Source: Arenicellales bacterium
GTDB taxonomy: Bacteria > Pseudomonadota > Gammaproteobacteria > Arenicellales > JAJDZL01
DNA: 64,000 nt
Assembly: GCA_965200425.1 (NCBI GenBank)
Contig: CBDAUA010000001.1
Coordinates: 7,271-71,270, forward strand
Reading direction: 5' to 3'
Shown one piece after another: positions 9,777-20,371 of this stretch. A program made the position numbers and the translations under genes. Under the pieces are notes generated by a model, which saw only the letters and a list, made by a program, of their open reading frames with translations, was not told the origin of the DNA and made no database searches. Positions within the stretch are counted from its first letter, which is position 1. Every line of letters starts with the position of its first letter.

Positions 9777-10101
9777 ATGGGTAAGCTAGCGGAGACGATG
9801 AAAGAATGGATTGCTGAGAAAGAAGCAGCTGGGATTGCTCAAGGACTGAAGCAAGGGTTGGAACAAGCGGCAGAAGTACGTTAAAGACAAACGTGATGCG
9901 TTATTGCGACTAGTGGAGTCAAAGTATGGGCTACAAATTCGTGAAGAATTAACTGAGACTCTACAGCAGTGCACAAAGCCAGAAGCACTAGATCGGTTCC
10001 CAGATTGGATCCTTGAGTGCGATACTGCGGAAGAGCTGCACCAACGCATGCGCTTGAATTCCAATCGTATCAATACACACATCCCAGGTGAAAAAAGATA
10101 G
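9777..10101 (+). pseudogene. Frameshifted Rpn C-terminal module
   Basis: GCGGCAGAAGTAC replaces GCGGCTTTAGAGTAC (net -2 nt), giving a stop after ~35 codons; the remainder continues in another frame to 10101. Confidence 0.8.
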
Positions 10102-10866
10102 TCTAATCAATCTTTAGTTTTGATTGTTGCTGCTGCGCCAACAAAGAATAATTGCCAAATCTTGGTCCACGCGAAGCCAAAAACAGTGTGATGGAATCAC
10201 ATTGGTAAAAGTCTCTAAGGGCAATTTCTATCCGTACCGTATAAGTACTTCAATGTTAACTCACTGTAAATTAAGTACGAGATTAGAGAATCTTTGTCCG
10301 TTGGCTTTCAACGGTTAAATCTATATTTTCTACAATAGATCAAATACAGAGGCGACTTAGTCTGAAACCTTATTCTCCATGCCTTTCGTTTCCTCTTTTG
10401 TTTACTCGATAAAGTAGATTTCGCGTCTTCTGTACATCGACATTTACATTTGGAACTTGATTTAAATAACGAAAATCTCATATGTTGTAAAATGTTTTTG
10501 TGTAGCCGATTACCTGCGCCTGTAATTATCCGGTCAGCTCGTCGATGAGTACTGAATTGTCGTTTGGAAAGAGCCAGCTGCGATCGAACTTACCACTAGC
10601 CTAGCAAGGGCTGTCGTATCAAAAATTCGTTCTATCGTCTGCGCATTTCAGGCTAAATTCTGCTTTGTGTTTCGAAGCACTTGTTTGCATACCAAGCAGC
10701 TTCAATGCAAGTTTGAATTCAACTTCCTGTTCTTTACGAAATGACGAGCGCGTCTTTCAAGCAACAGTCAGTACTGTTGTTCGAAATCCGGCTTCATGTT
10801 GAGTCGTCGACGCAGTGCGTCGTGGCTAGCTTCAGTTTCTTCGACCTCACACTTTCAGGAGGCCCT

Positions 10867-11910
10867 TTGCCAACACCTAGAATTCCTTACGATTCATTCT
10901 ATAAACGTATCTTCTCCCACCCGCTAATGGTCTACGAACTGATTCAACTTCTATCAGCGAAGCAGCTGGAGTTGGACACTTTACACTTGTTCGCCACCGA
11001 ACATGTCTCTAGGGATCTACAAAAGCGTTACCAAGATCTGGTCTACCAGGCAACAAGCATGACAGATGGTAGTGCAGTGTACCTAGCCTTCGAGTTTCAG
11101 TCAACGGTGGACAAACATATGCCGTTACGGATGAACAGCTACTGTTCACTGTTGTTGGAGCAATTGGTTCGGACACAGCCGAAGGGACTGGATAGTGCTT
11201 ACCCAAGGATCTATCCAATCGTTATCTATAATGGAAAAAGTCGGTGGACTGCTCCACTACAGTTGCGTGAATGGTTCGGTCGACGAAGTTCGATGCTGAG
11301 TAATTATCGGGGACGGTGTCGAATCAATTTAGTGGATTTATCGACGTACAAGGAATGGGCATTGCAATGTGAAGGCAGTCCACTGGCGTTGTTGGTTCGA
11401 TTGGAAGGAGCCGAATCAGTGGAGGAGTTGGCTGAAGTTGCAGAAGAATTTACCGAGTGGTATCAGAGCAGCGGTGTAGATACACTAAAAACGGATTTGA
11501 CGGGTTTGTTAAAGGCAAATGCAGAATTAGTAGGCGGTATCGAATTACGAAACAGGTTAGCAGGAGTACAAGACATGGGAAGGTTAGCGGAGACGATGAA
11601 AGAATGGATTGCTGAGAAAGAAGCAGCTGGGATTGCTCAAGGACTGAAACAGGGTTTGGAGCAAGGATTGGCTCAAGGACGAGAACAAGCGGCTTTAGAG
11701 TACGTTAAAGGCAAACGAGATACGTTATTGCGACTAGTGGAGTCAAAGTATGGACTACAGGTTCGTGAAGAATTTACCGAGACTTTGCAACAGTGCACAA
11801 AGCCAGAAGCGCTAGATCGGTTCGCCGATTGGATCCTTGAGTGTGGTACTGCTACCGAACTGTACCAACGCATGCGCTCAAGTAGCAATGGTATGAATTG
11901 GCTCGATTAG
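10867..11910 (+). CDS. Rpn/YhgA-like nuclease, copy 3
   Basis: Same motifs as copy 1; AGGAGG + TTG start. Confidence 0.92.
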   Translation: MPTPRIPYDSFYKRIFSHPLMVYELIQLLSAKQLELDTLHLFATEHVSRDLQKRYQDLVYQATSMTDGSAVYLAFEFQSTVDKHMPLRMNSYCSLLLEQLVRTQPKGLDSAYPRIYPIVIYNGKSRWTAPLQLREWFGRRSSMLSNYRGRCRINLVDLSTYKEWALQCEGSPLALLVRLEGAESVEELAEVAEEFTEWYQSSGVDTLKTDLTGLLKANAELVGGIELRNRLAGVQDMGRLAETMKEWIAEKEAAGIAQGLKQGLEQGLAQGREQAALEYVKGKRDTLLRLVESKYGLQVREEFTETLQQCTKPEALDRFADWILECGTATELYQRMRSSSNGMNWLD

Positions 11911-11927
11911 ACAATATTGCCACAACT

Positions 11928-12246
11928 ATGGGAAGGCTAGCAGAGACGATCAAAGAGTGGGTTGCTGAGAAAGAAGCAGCTGGGATAACTCAAGGACTGA
12001 AGCAAGGGTTGGAACAAGCGGCAGAAGTACGTTAAAGACAAACGTGATGCGTTATTGCGACTAGTGGAGTCAAAGTATGGGCCACAAGTTCGTGAAGAAT
12101 TAACTGAGACTCTACAACAGTGCACAAAGCCAGAAGCGCTAGATCGGTTCGCAGATTGGATCCTTGAGTGTGATACTGCTGCCGAACTGTACCAACGCAT
12201 GCGCTTGAATTCCAATCGTATCAATACACACATCCCAGGTAAATAA
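11928..12246 (+). pseudogene. Frameshifted Rpn C-terminal module
   Basis: Same GCGGCAGAAGTACGTTAA lesion as the module at 9777. Confidence 0.8.
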
Positions 12247-13020
12247 AGATAGTCTGATCAATCTTTAGTTTTGATTGTTGCTGCTTCGCCAACAAAGAAT
12301 AATTGCCAAATCTTGGTCCACGCGAAGCCAAAAACAGTGTGATGGCATCACATTAGTAAAAGTCTCTAAGGGCAATTTCTATCCGTACCGTATAAGTACT
12401 TCAATGTTAACTCACTGTAAATTAACTAGTACGAGATTAGAGAATCTTTGTCCGTTGGCTTTCAACGGTTAAATCTATATTTTCTACAATAGATCAAATA
12501 CAGAGGCGACTTAGTCTGAAACCTTATTCTCCATGCCTTTCGTTTCCTCTTTTGTTTACTCGATAAAGTAGATTTCGCGTCTTCTGTACATCGACATTTA
12601 CATTTGGAACTTGATTTAAATAACGAAAATCTCATATATTGTAAAATGTTTTCGTGTAGCCGATTACTTGCGCCTACAATTACCCGGTCAACTCGTCGAT
12701 GAGTACTGTATCGTCGTTTGGAAAGAGCCAGCTGCGATCGAACTTACCACTAGCCTAGCAAGGGCTGTTGTTTCGAAAATCCGTTCTATCGTCTGCGCAT
12801 TTCAGGCTAAATTCTGCTTTGTGTTGCGAAGCACTTGTTTGCATACCAAGCAGCTTCAATGCAAGTTGAATTCAATTTCCTGTTCTTTGCGAAATGACGG
12901 GTGCGTCTTGCAAACACCAGTCTAGTACTGTTGTTCGAACTCCGGCTTCGTGTTGAGTCCTCGACGCAGTGCGTCGTGGCTAGCTTCAGTTTCTTCGACC
13001 TCACACTTTCAGGAGGCCCT

Positions 13021-14100
13021 TTGCCAACACCTAGAATTCCTTACGATTCTTTCTATAAACGTATCTTCTCCCACCCGCTAATGGTCTACGAACTGATTCA
13101 ACTTCTATCAGCGAAGCAGCTGGAGTTGGACACTTTACAATTGTTCGGCACCGAGCATGTCTCTAGGGATCTACAAAAGCGTTACCAAGATCTGGTCTAC
13201 CAGGCAACAAGCATGGCAGACGGTAGTGCGGTGTACCTAGCCTTCGAGTTTCAGTCAACGGTGGACAAACATATGCCGTTACGGATGAACAGCTACTGTT
13301 CATTGTTGTTGGAGCAATTGGTTCGGTCACAGACTATGGGACTGGATAGTGCTTACCCAAGGATCTATCCAATCGTTATTTATAATGGAAAACGTCGGTG
13401 GACTGCTCCACTACAGTTGAGTGAATGGTTCGGTCGACGAAGTTCGTTGCTGAGTAATTACCGGGGACGGTGTCGAATCAATTTAGTGGATTTATCGACG
13501 TACAAGGAATGGGCATTGCAAATTGAAGGCAGTCCACTGGCGTTGTTGATTCGATTGGAAGGAGTCGAATCAGTGGAGGAGTTGGCTGAAGTTGCAGAAG
13601 AATTTACCGAGTGGTATCAGAGCAGCGGTGTAGATACACTAAAAACGGATTTGACGGGTCTGTTAAAGGCAAATGCAGAGTTAGTAGGCGGTATCGAATT
13701 ACGAAACAGGTTAGCAGGAGTACAAGACATGGGAAGGTTAGCGGAGACGATGAAAGAATGGATTGCTGAGAAAGAAGCAGCTGGAATTGCTCAAGGACTG
13801 AAGCAAGGATTGGTTCAAGGACGAGAACAAGGATTGGTTCAAGGACGAGAACAAGGGTTGGCTCAAGGACGAGAACAAGCGGCTTTAGAGTACGTTAAAG
13901 GCAAACGAGATACGTTATTGCGACTAGTGGAGTCAAAGTATGGGTTACAGGTTCGTGAAGAATTTACCGAGACTTTACAACAGTGCACAAAGCCAGAAGC
14001 GCTAGATCGGTTCGCCGATTGGATCCTTGAGTGCGATACCGTTGGCGATCTGTACCAACGCATGCGCTCAAGTAGCAATGGTATGAATTGGCTCGATTAG
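13021..14100 (+). CDS. Rpn/YhgA-like nuclease, copy 4
   Basis: Same motifs as copy 1; AGGAGG + TTG start. Confidence 0.92.
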   Translation: MPTPRIPYDSFYKRIFSHPLMVYELIQLLSAKQLELDTLQLFGTEHVSRDLQKRYQDLVYQATSMADGSAVYLAFEFQSTVDKHMPLRMNSYCSLLLEQLVRSQTMGLDSAYPRIYPIVIYNGKRRWTAPLQLSEWFGRRSSLLSNYRGRCRINLVDLSTYKEWALQIEGSPLALLIRLEGVESVEELAEVAEEFTEWYQSSGVDTLKTDLTGLLKANAELVGGIELRNRLAGVQDMGRLAETMKEWIAEKEAAGIAQGLKQGLVQGREQGLVQGREQGLAQGREQAALEYVKGKRDTLLRLVESKYGLQVREEFTETLQQCTKPEALDRFADWILECDTVGDLYQRMRSSSNGMNWLD

Positions 14101-14117
14101 ACAATATTGCCACAACT

Positions 14118-14444
14118 ATGGGAAGGCTAGCAGAGACGATCAAAGAGTGGGTTGCTGAGAAAGAAGCAGCTGGGATTGCTCAAGGACTGAAGCAAGGGTT
14201 GGAACAAGCGGCTTTAGAGTACGTTAAAGGCAAACGTGATACGTTATTGCGACAAGTGGAGTCAAAGTATGGGTTACAGGTTCGTGAAGAATTAACTGAG
14301 ACTCTACAACAGTGCACAAAGCCAGAAGCGCTAGATCGGTTCGCCGATTGGATCCTTGAGTGCGATACTGCTGCCGAACTGCACCAACGCATGCGCTTGA
14401 ATTCCAATCGTATCAATACACACATCCCAGGTGAAAAAAGATAG
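14118..14444 (+). CDS. Stand-alone Rpn C-terminal module
   Basis: MGRLAETIKEW...HIPGEKR, intact frame. Confidence 0.75.
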   Translation: MGRLAETIKEWVAEKEAAGIAQGLKQGLEQAALEYVKGKRDTLLRQVESKYGLQVREELTETLQQCTKPEALDRFADWILECDTAAELHQRMRLNSNRINTHIPGEKR

Positions 14445-15536
14445 TCTAATCAATCTTTAGTTTTGATTGTTGCTGCTTCGCCAACAAAGAATAATTGCCA
14501 AATCTTGGTCCACCCGAAGCAAAAACAGTGTGATGGCATCACATTAGTAAAAGTCTCTAAGGGCAATTTCTATCCGTACCAAAAAAAGTACTAGAACGTT
14601 AAGACACTGTTAACTAACCAGGACGCGATTAGAGAATCTTCGTCCGTTGACTTTCATTGATTTCAATAACTTGCGCCCCTGGAAAAAAGATAGACTATGC
14701 AAATTCTAAAGTCCATACGTCTGAAATTCATCGCAAAGATTGGGTTGTGAAAAATTGACTTTTGAAGTCGGTGTTTGACAAGATGCCAACTAGAACATCA
14801 AAATAAATATCGAAAATATAGACGGCAGCCATGAACACATCTTTAGGTGTTGAATTTGATCATGATTAGTGATCTTATGAAAGAGTTTCCTCATATATTT
14901 TCAATTGAAATTGACTGTATAGTTTTATTAAAGCGAGCTTCTACGACACTAGTAAGCCAATTGCATTGAGTATCGAAAGACAGTCGGTAATGATTTCAAG
15001 AAAACGCTGCCAAATACCTCAAACTGATAATTTAATGTCTTTCAATAGCTTGGTGAAAACAAAAATCTCCTGATGTTTGTGCATTCATTTTAGAAGCCAT
15101 TACTTCGACTACAAATATTCACAGAATATTTCAATAACTTTCGGTCGACCCGCCGACACCCTTGTCGTGTCTGTTGCATTGCAATATTAGTCCTTTTCGC
15201 CCTAGCCATGCTGGAGACCTGGAGAACTCCTGATCCAGCACAAATTACCATCAGAAAAGGAACCAATTCCATGCGTTTTCGACACCCCTATTTGGTGACT
15301 TCGTAAAAAGACTCCTTTCTAGAGTTGTTTTCTCTCACTCGATGTGAACCTTTGAATTGGAAAAAGCGATTGGATTGCCAGAGTTTCAACTCTGTTGTTG
15401 CGCCAATTTCTTACCAATCAATAAATTAGTACAGCAGTTAAGGAAATATTCCGTCGAAATCATGAGGCCCAGAAAAAAAGCCACCAGCGAACCGGTGGCT
15501 AAAAATAGGAGGATAAAGCTATTAAATGAAAATCTG

Positions 15537-15854
15537 TTATGCAGCAATTCGAATATCTGCTTCCGACTGAGATTCGGTTGGATCAATTTTTTTTGTTTTT
15601 GGTTCTACCAGCAGGTTATCGTTAGCTGCTTTATTAATCTTTTCGTCTATGATTTCAGTTATTGCATATCTCGGAATACCAATGTCAGTCAACACTTCGT
15701 CACTTAGACGTTGTAGGCTTCGTATCGCTTGTCTTCGGATTACTACCCCCTGATAAGCTCGCCATACTTTGCCGACTAAAGTGCCAAGTGCTACGTATTT
15801 TTGAGCACGCGGAAATCGGCGAGGGTTTAATCTGTTGTTCTGTGTCATTTCCAT
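15537..15854 (-). CDS. DUF1127 (YjiS-like) small protein
   Basis: RRQAIRSLQRLSDEVLTDIGIPRYAI matches the DUF1127 L..LSD..L.DIG..R pattern. Confidence 0.82.
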   Translation of the reverse strand: MEMTQNNRLNPRRFPRAQKYVALGTLVGKVWRAYQGVVIRRQAIRSLQRLSDEVLTDIGIPRYAITEIIDEKINKAANDNLLVEPKTKKIDPTESQSEADIRIAA

Positions 15855-15899
15855 ATACCTTTAAGTTCGTATCCAAATCTATGTGGTTAGAAAAATTCG

Positions 15900-15986
15900 C
15901 TAACCGGTCAAATTCGCGAGAATAAGAACTACGACTACTGCACCGATGAAAGCGATCCCTACTCGATCATGAATTCTTTTCAACAT
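15900..15986 (-). CDS. Putative 28-aa single-pass membrane protein
   Basis: MLKRIHDRVGIAFIGAVVVVLILANLTG*, preceded by AGGA; lies directly upstream of the DUF1127 gene. Confidence 0.5.
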   Translation of the reverse strand: MLKRIHDRVGIAFIGAVVVVLILANLTG

Positions 15987-16441
15987 TGTTCTCGTCCTAT
16001 CGTGAGATTAAAAATGAATCGTTTACCTGAATCAGTCTTTGGTTTTTCTCTTTACATAAACCTATCAATGACTCAGTAATAATTTAATGTATTTTTAGCC
16101 AAAATCAATTGATGAATTTTCCTCTATACATGAGTATTAATTCATGGTTAACAAAATAATATATAATTTATATACTATTGTTTTTATGTTTAAATTTGTC
16201 ATAAAATAAAAGAATAATAAAATTTATTCTGCAAATAATATTCATATATTAAACGTCTATCAAGGGAGTCGTAAAAACTTGTTCTTTCAGCTCACGATGA
16301 ATTTTTAGTTTGGAACGATCACAAGTAGTATCTCCCCATCTAATTTCTTCTTTAGTACAATTCAATTCTCGTGAAAAATAAACGCCCTTTCACATTAGAT
16401 TTTCGATTAAATAAATTCAACCTGTTTACTGAGATCCATTT

Positions 16442-17848
16442 ATGGGAAAAGGAACGCTTTACAACAAAATATGGAATCAACATACTGTTTGCCAACTAAA
16501 GACAGGTCAATATCAACTGTTCATCGGTTTGCATTTGATTCATGAAGTCACTAGTCCACAAGCTTGTGACATGCTTCGGGAACGAGGACTAAAGGTTGGT
16601 TATCCAGATCGAACAATTGCGACGATCGATCACATTATTCCAACCAAAGATTCGGCGCGTCCCTACCAAGACCTGCAAGCTGAAAACATGGCTCAAGCGT
16701 TGCAGGAAAATACCACCGAGTTTAACATTCGCTACTTTAAACAAGGTGCAGCCGAGCAAGGTATCGTTCATGTCATCGGCCCAGAACTTGGAATGATTCA
16801 TCCAGGGATGACGGTTGCCTGCGGTGATTCACATACTTCAACCCATGGTGCTTTCGGTACACTTGCGTTTGGTATCGGTACCACTCAGGTGGGTGATGTA
16901 CTGGCAACACAGTGCTTGAGTATGGATCCTTTGAAAGTACGTAAAGTAGTTATTGACGGTGAGCTTGCAAATGGAGTGTTTGCCAAGGATGTCATTCTTC
17001 ATGTCATTCGAAATCTAGGCGTGAAAGGCGGAATTGGTTATGCCTATGAATACTCAGGATCGACGATAGAAGCCATGACCATGGAAGAGCGCATGACTGT
17101 CTGTAATATGTCGATTGAAGGTGGTGCTAGAGCGGGTTACGTGAACCCCGACCAAACCACCTATGATTATTTAAGGGGACGTCGGTATGCCCCAAGTTCT
17201 GATTCATGGAGTAATGCAGTTTCCCATTGGGAATCAATTCGGTCGGATGAAAACGCACAATATGACGACGTTGTCAAGTTCGATGCAGCGGATATCGCTC
17301 CGTGTGTCACTTGGGGAATCAATCCTGGTCAAAGTGTAGGCATTCATGAAAATTTACCTCATCCTAGTTCGTTGTCTAGCGGTGAATCGGAAACAGCTGA
17401 ACGTGCACTCCAACATATGAATCTAAAACCTGGTCAGTCCATGTCTGGTGTAAAAATTGATGTGGTTTTTATTGGAAGCTGTACCAACTCCCGAATTGAA
17501 GACTTGCGTGCAGCGGCAAGTGTCGTGAAAGAACAAAGAGTCGCCAATGGAGTACGAGCAATTGTTGTACCTGGCTCGAGACGAGTTGCCAGTGAGTCCG
17601 TTGATGAGGGCCTGGATCAGATTTTTATGGATGCGGGACTGGAATGGCGAGAGCCTGGTTGCTCCATGTGCCTGGCGATGAACAACGATCGACTGCACGG
17701 CGATGAAATTTGCGCTAGCACTAGCAATCGAAACTTCATTGGCCGACAAGGCAGCCCAAACGGTAGAACATTACTTATGTCACCTCCCATGGCAGCGGCA
17801 GCAGCAATTACCGGTGAAGTAACAGATATTCGTAGTCTAAGCTACTAA
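16442..17848 (+). CDS. leuC: 3-isopropylmalate dehydratase large subunit
   Basis: [42 protein letters not shown] and STSNRNF motifs. Confidence 0.97.
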   Translation: MGKGTLYNKIWNQHTVCQLKTGQYQLFIGLHLIHEVTSPQACDMLRERGLKVGYPDRTIATIDHIIPTKDSARPYQDLQAENMAQALQENTTEFNIRYFKQGAAEQGIVHVIGPELGMIHPGMTVACGDSHTSTHGAFGTLAFGIGTTQVGDVLATQCLSMDPLKVRKVVIDGELANGVFAKDVILHVIRNLGVKGGIGYAYEYSGSTIEAMTMEERMTVCNMSIEGGARAGYVNPDQTTYDYLRGRRYAPSSDSWSNAVSHWESIRSDENAQYDDVVKFDAADIAPCVTWGINPGQSVGIHENLPHPSSLSSGESETAERALQHMNLKPGQSMSGVKIDVVFIGSCTNSRIEDLRAAASVVKEQRVANGVRAIVVPGSRRVASESVDEGLDQIFMDAGLEWREPGCSMCLAMNNDRLHGDEICASTSNRNFIGRQGSPNGRTLLMSPPMAAAAAITGEVTDIRSLSY

Positions 17849-17855
17849 AGAAAAA

Positions 17856-18467
17856 ATGTCAGATCAGAGAATCACATCAATTTCGGGCAAAAGTATTGTC
17901 GTTTACGGTGACGACATCGATACCGATCGTATCATTCCAGCTCGGTTTTTAAAGGAAGTTACCTTCGCAAATCTTGGTCGTTATCCATTCCATGATGAAC
18001 GTTTCAAAGCAGATTCCAGTCAAACTAATCATCCGTTTAACGACCCGGCTCGACAGGATTCTAAAATTCTTTTGGTAAATAAAAATTTTGGCTGCGGATC
18101 AAGTCGAGAACACGCACCACAATCGTTGAAACGTTGGGGAATCGATGCCATCGTCGGTGAATCTTTTGCGGAAATCTTTGCTTCCAATTGCATCACTCTG
18201 GGCATTCCCGCCGTAACGGTTCGTGAAAATGATGTAAAGAAAATACAAAGTTGTTCATCGACAAATTCGGAATTAGAATGGACTTTGGATCTAAATTCTT
18301 CGATATTGACTTCTGATGAAGTGACCGTTGACATTCATATGCAAGAACATCACAGAAATACGCTAATTGATGGACTTTGGGATAGCACATCATTGCTTTT
18401 GGAAAACTTGAACGAAGTTCGAAGCGTTTACAAAAAACTACCGTACACTCAAAATTATCGAATGTAA
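17856..18467 (+). CDS. leuD: 3-isopropylmalate dehydratase small subunit
   Basis: DIDTDRIIPARFL and NFGCGSSREHAPQ motifs; follows leuC. Confidence 0.97.
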   Translation: MSDQRITSISGKSIVVYGDDIDTDRIIPARFLKEVTFANLGRYPFHDERFKADSSQTNHPFNDPARQDSKILLVNKNFGCGSSREHAPQSLKRWGIDAIVGESFAEIFASNCITLGIPAVTVRENDVKKIQSCSSTNSELEWTLDLNSSILTSDEVTVDIHMQEHHRNTLIDGLWDSTSLLLENLNEVRSVYKKLPYTQNYRM

Positions 18468-19377
18468 TTTTTACTGTAAGCGTTCGCCCTGGCGCTTCGG
18501 TAATTTTGATCCCGTCCTGGACAAGAGCAGTATCTGACACTTTGTCCAGCAATCCTATCGATTAGTGCTTTCGTTACTACTGTTCCACACGGGTAAATTT
18601 GAGTTTTTCTATCCGGTAGTACATCTTATATTCGGGTGAATCGATGCCTCTAAAGCAAATGCGGAGTCCAAATTATCTAGAGTAGCCGCATCGGAAACCC
18701 GTGGCTCTCCTAAGACAATTGTCCTTTGTGCCAAAAAAAGTAAAGTAAGTTAGAATTAAAATTACGATTGTGAAAATCAACTGTTCGACTCACCTCCAAC
18801 ACACTGTAGTCAAAGAAAGCGATATGTAGGTGGGCATTGTAAGTCGGTAGAAAAAGCAAAGATTTGTGCAACTTTAGAGCTTCTATGAGAATTCTCTTTG
18901 CGTTCATGGTGTTGGAATAGACCAACTTGCTGATTAAATCGTACGGGAGTAAAGCATTTGTTTGTTTCTGGTCTGGCAGTACAAGTGTCATTGCGTTAGA
19001 TCATTCCATGAACTTAACTAAGAGCTACAGAAACTAGATTTGCACTTCGGGGCACTTGTTGTATTCTCTAGAAAAAGCCAGAGCGATGGAAATTCATGTG
19101 CTGAATCTAAATTGAATAGTAAAGATGAGCTTCGACGTGATATACCTCGCGTATTAATGTAATCTTGAATTGAGTCCTCGATCCTTTCAAGCAAGTTTCC
19201 AGCAATATTTTTGATGTGCTCTTATAAACTATCAAATGAAAAATTTAAACGATTCTATTGGGCAACCAAATTCAGCTACAAAATTTATTCGTTGGCTTTT
19301 AGAATGTGATTTAGCAGTGCAGTATTGAAATTTCTATAAAGCATTTTCCTGACTAACTTCTAACCTACACAATACAA

Positions 19378-20280
19378 ATGAATGAACAAAAGCTCAACAC
19401 TATGGAAAAGACCATAAGTGTACCCGCCTTTACAAAACTAGTGGATTTTGCAGCCGCTAGTATTGGTGGCATTGGAATAAAAGTGCTGTCTGAGCTGCGA
19501 AAGATTGTGATCACGCTGGCAATCTTCTTGTTGCTCGTACCTGTTCCTAGTTACGCCGAACAGTATCAAGGTACAGTTGATTTTAACTCTCGAGTTCCCA
19601 TTCAATCTCTGATGAAAGGTACCGTGACAGCGGTACATGCTCAAGTCGGAGAAATCGTGGAAAAGGGGCAAATTTTAATTCAAATGGACTCTCGCTCCCA
19701 CCAAGCGAGGCTAGATGTTGTCAATAGTCGTGTTGAGCGTATAAAGATAAAACTTGATACTACCGAGGAAGAATTTGTGCGAAAGCAAGAGCTGTTTGAT
19801 CGCGGCTCACTTTCACTACTTGCATATCAAGAATCCGAGAACGAAGTCCGTGAGTTACGCTCTAAGTTGATTGAAGCAAACGCCAAATTGACAATCGCCA
19901 AGATTCGGTTAGCGAGAACCAGATTGAATTCCCCAATGGATGCAGTGGTCGTTTACAGCACTGTATATCCTGGTATGAACATACATCCATATTTCTCGGG
20001 AACATCGCTAATGATTGTCGCTAGTATGGGTGAATATAAAGTACGTGCAAATGTGCCTATTGATGTTCGAAAGAATCTAAAGATTGGTGATTTGGTTCAG
20101 GTCAATGTGGAAGACGAGACTTATACTGCCGAAGTCGCGTTTACATCACTGGATCCGAGTTTTCCATTACAAGATCCGATGGAGACAGCTCAACCGTTGA
20201 CCTATGGCGTTGACTTAAAATTTCGTACTGAAGATAAGTTAATACTTCCTGGTACTGCTGCAGTCGCAATTATCAACTGA
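19378..20280 (+). CDS. RND/HlyD-type periplasmic adaptor (membrane fusion protein); true start possibly GTG 19483
   Basis: Lipoyl-like GTVTAVHAQVGEIVEKGQILIQMD, coiled coil, LNSPMDAVV and LILPGT. Confidence 0.85.
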   Translation: MNEQKLNTMEKTISVPAFTKLVDFAAASIGGIGIKVLSELRKIVITLAIFLLLVPVPSYAEQYQGTVDFNSRVPIQSLMKGTVTAVHAQVGEIVEKGQILIQMDSRSHQARLDVVNSRVERIKIKLDTTEEEFVRKQELFDRGSLSLLAYQESENEVRELRSKLIEANAKLTIAKIRLARTRLNSPMDAVVVYSTVYPGMNIHPYFSGTSLMIVASMGEYKVRANVPIDVRKNLKIGDLVQVNVEDETYTAEVAFTSLDPSFPLQDPMETAQPLTYGVDLKFRTEDKLILPGTAAVAIIN

Positions 20281-20371
20281 TGATCTGGCGTGGGATAAGC
20301 TCCTCGCCGGCTATCTCATCTCGAGTCATATTTGGTCGAACACCGATTCTTTCCTAATAAAACTCCCAAAC

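Larger units (their letters stand above)
5386..14656 (+). repeat. Tandem array of four ~2.2-2.7 kb units (leader + Rpn gene + C-terminal module copies + tail)
   Basis: CAACGGTTAAATCTATATTTTCTACAATAGATC recurs at 5386, 7587, 10309 and 12463; homology ends near 14656. Confidence 0.97.

Noticed and set aside
8853-10101. Regular repeats considered as a CRISPR array
   Set aside because: The units are 308-bp coding duplications with no unique spacers, and no cas genes are present.
5386-14656. Diversity-generating retroelement (template and variable repeats)
   Set aside because: No reverse transcriptase is in the window, and differences between copies are not visibly restricted to adenines.
18710-18991. 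93-aa minus-strand ORF between leuD and the adaptor gene
   Set aside because: No recognisable motif or RBS, so it cannot be supported.
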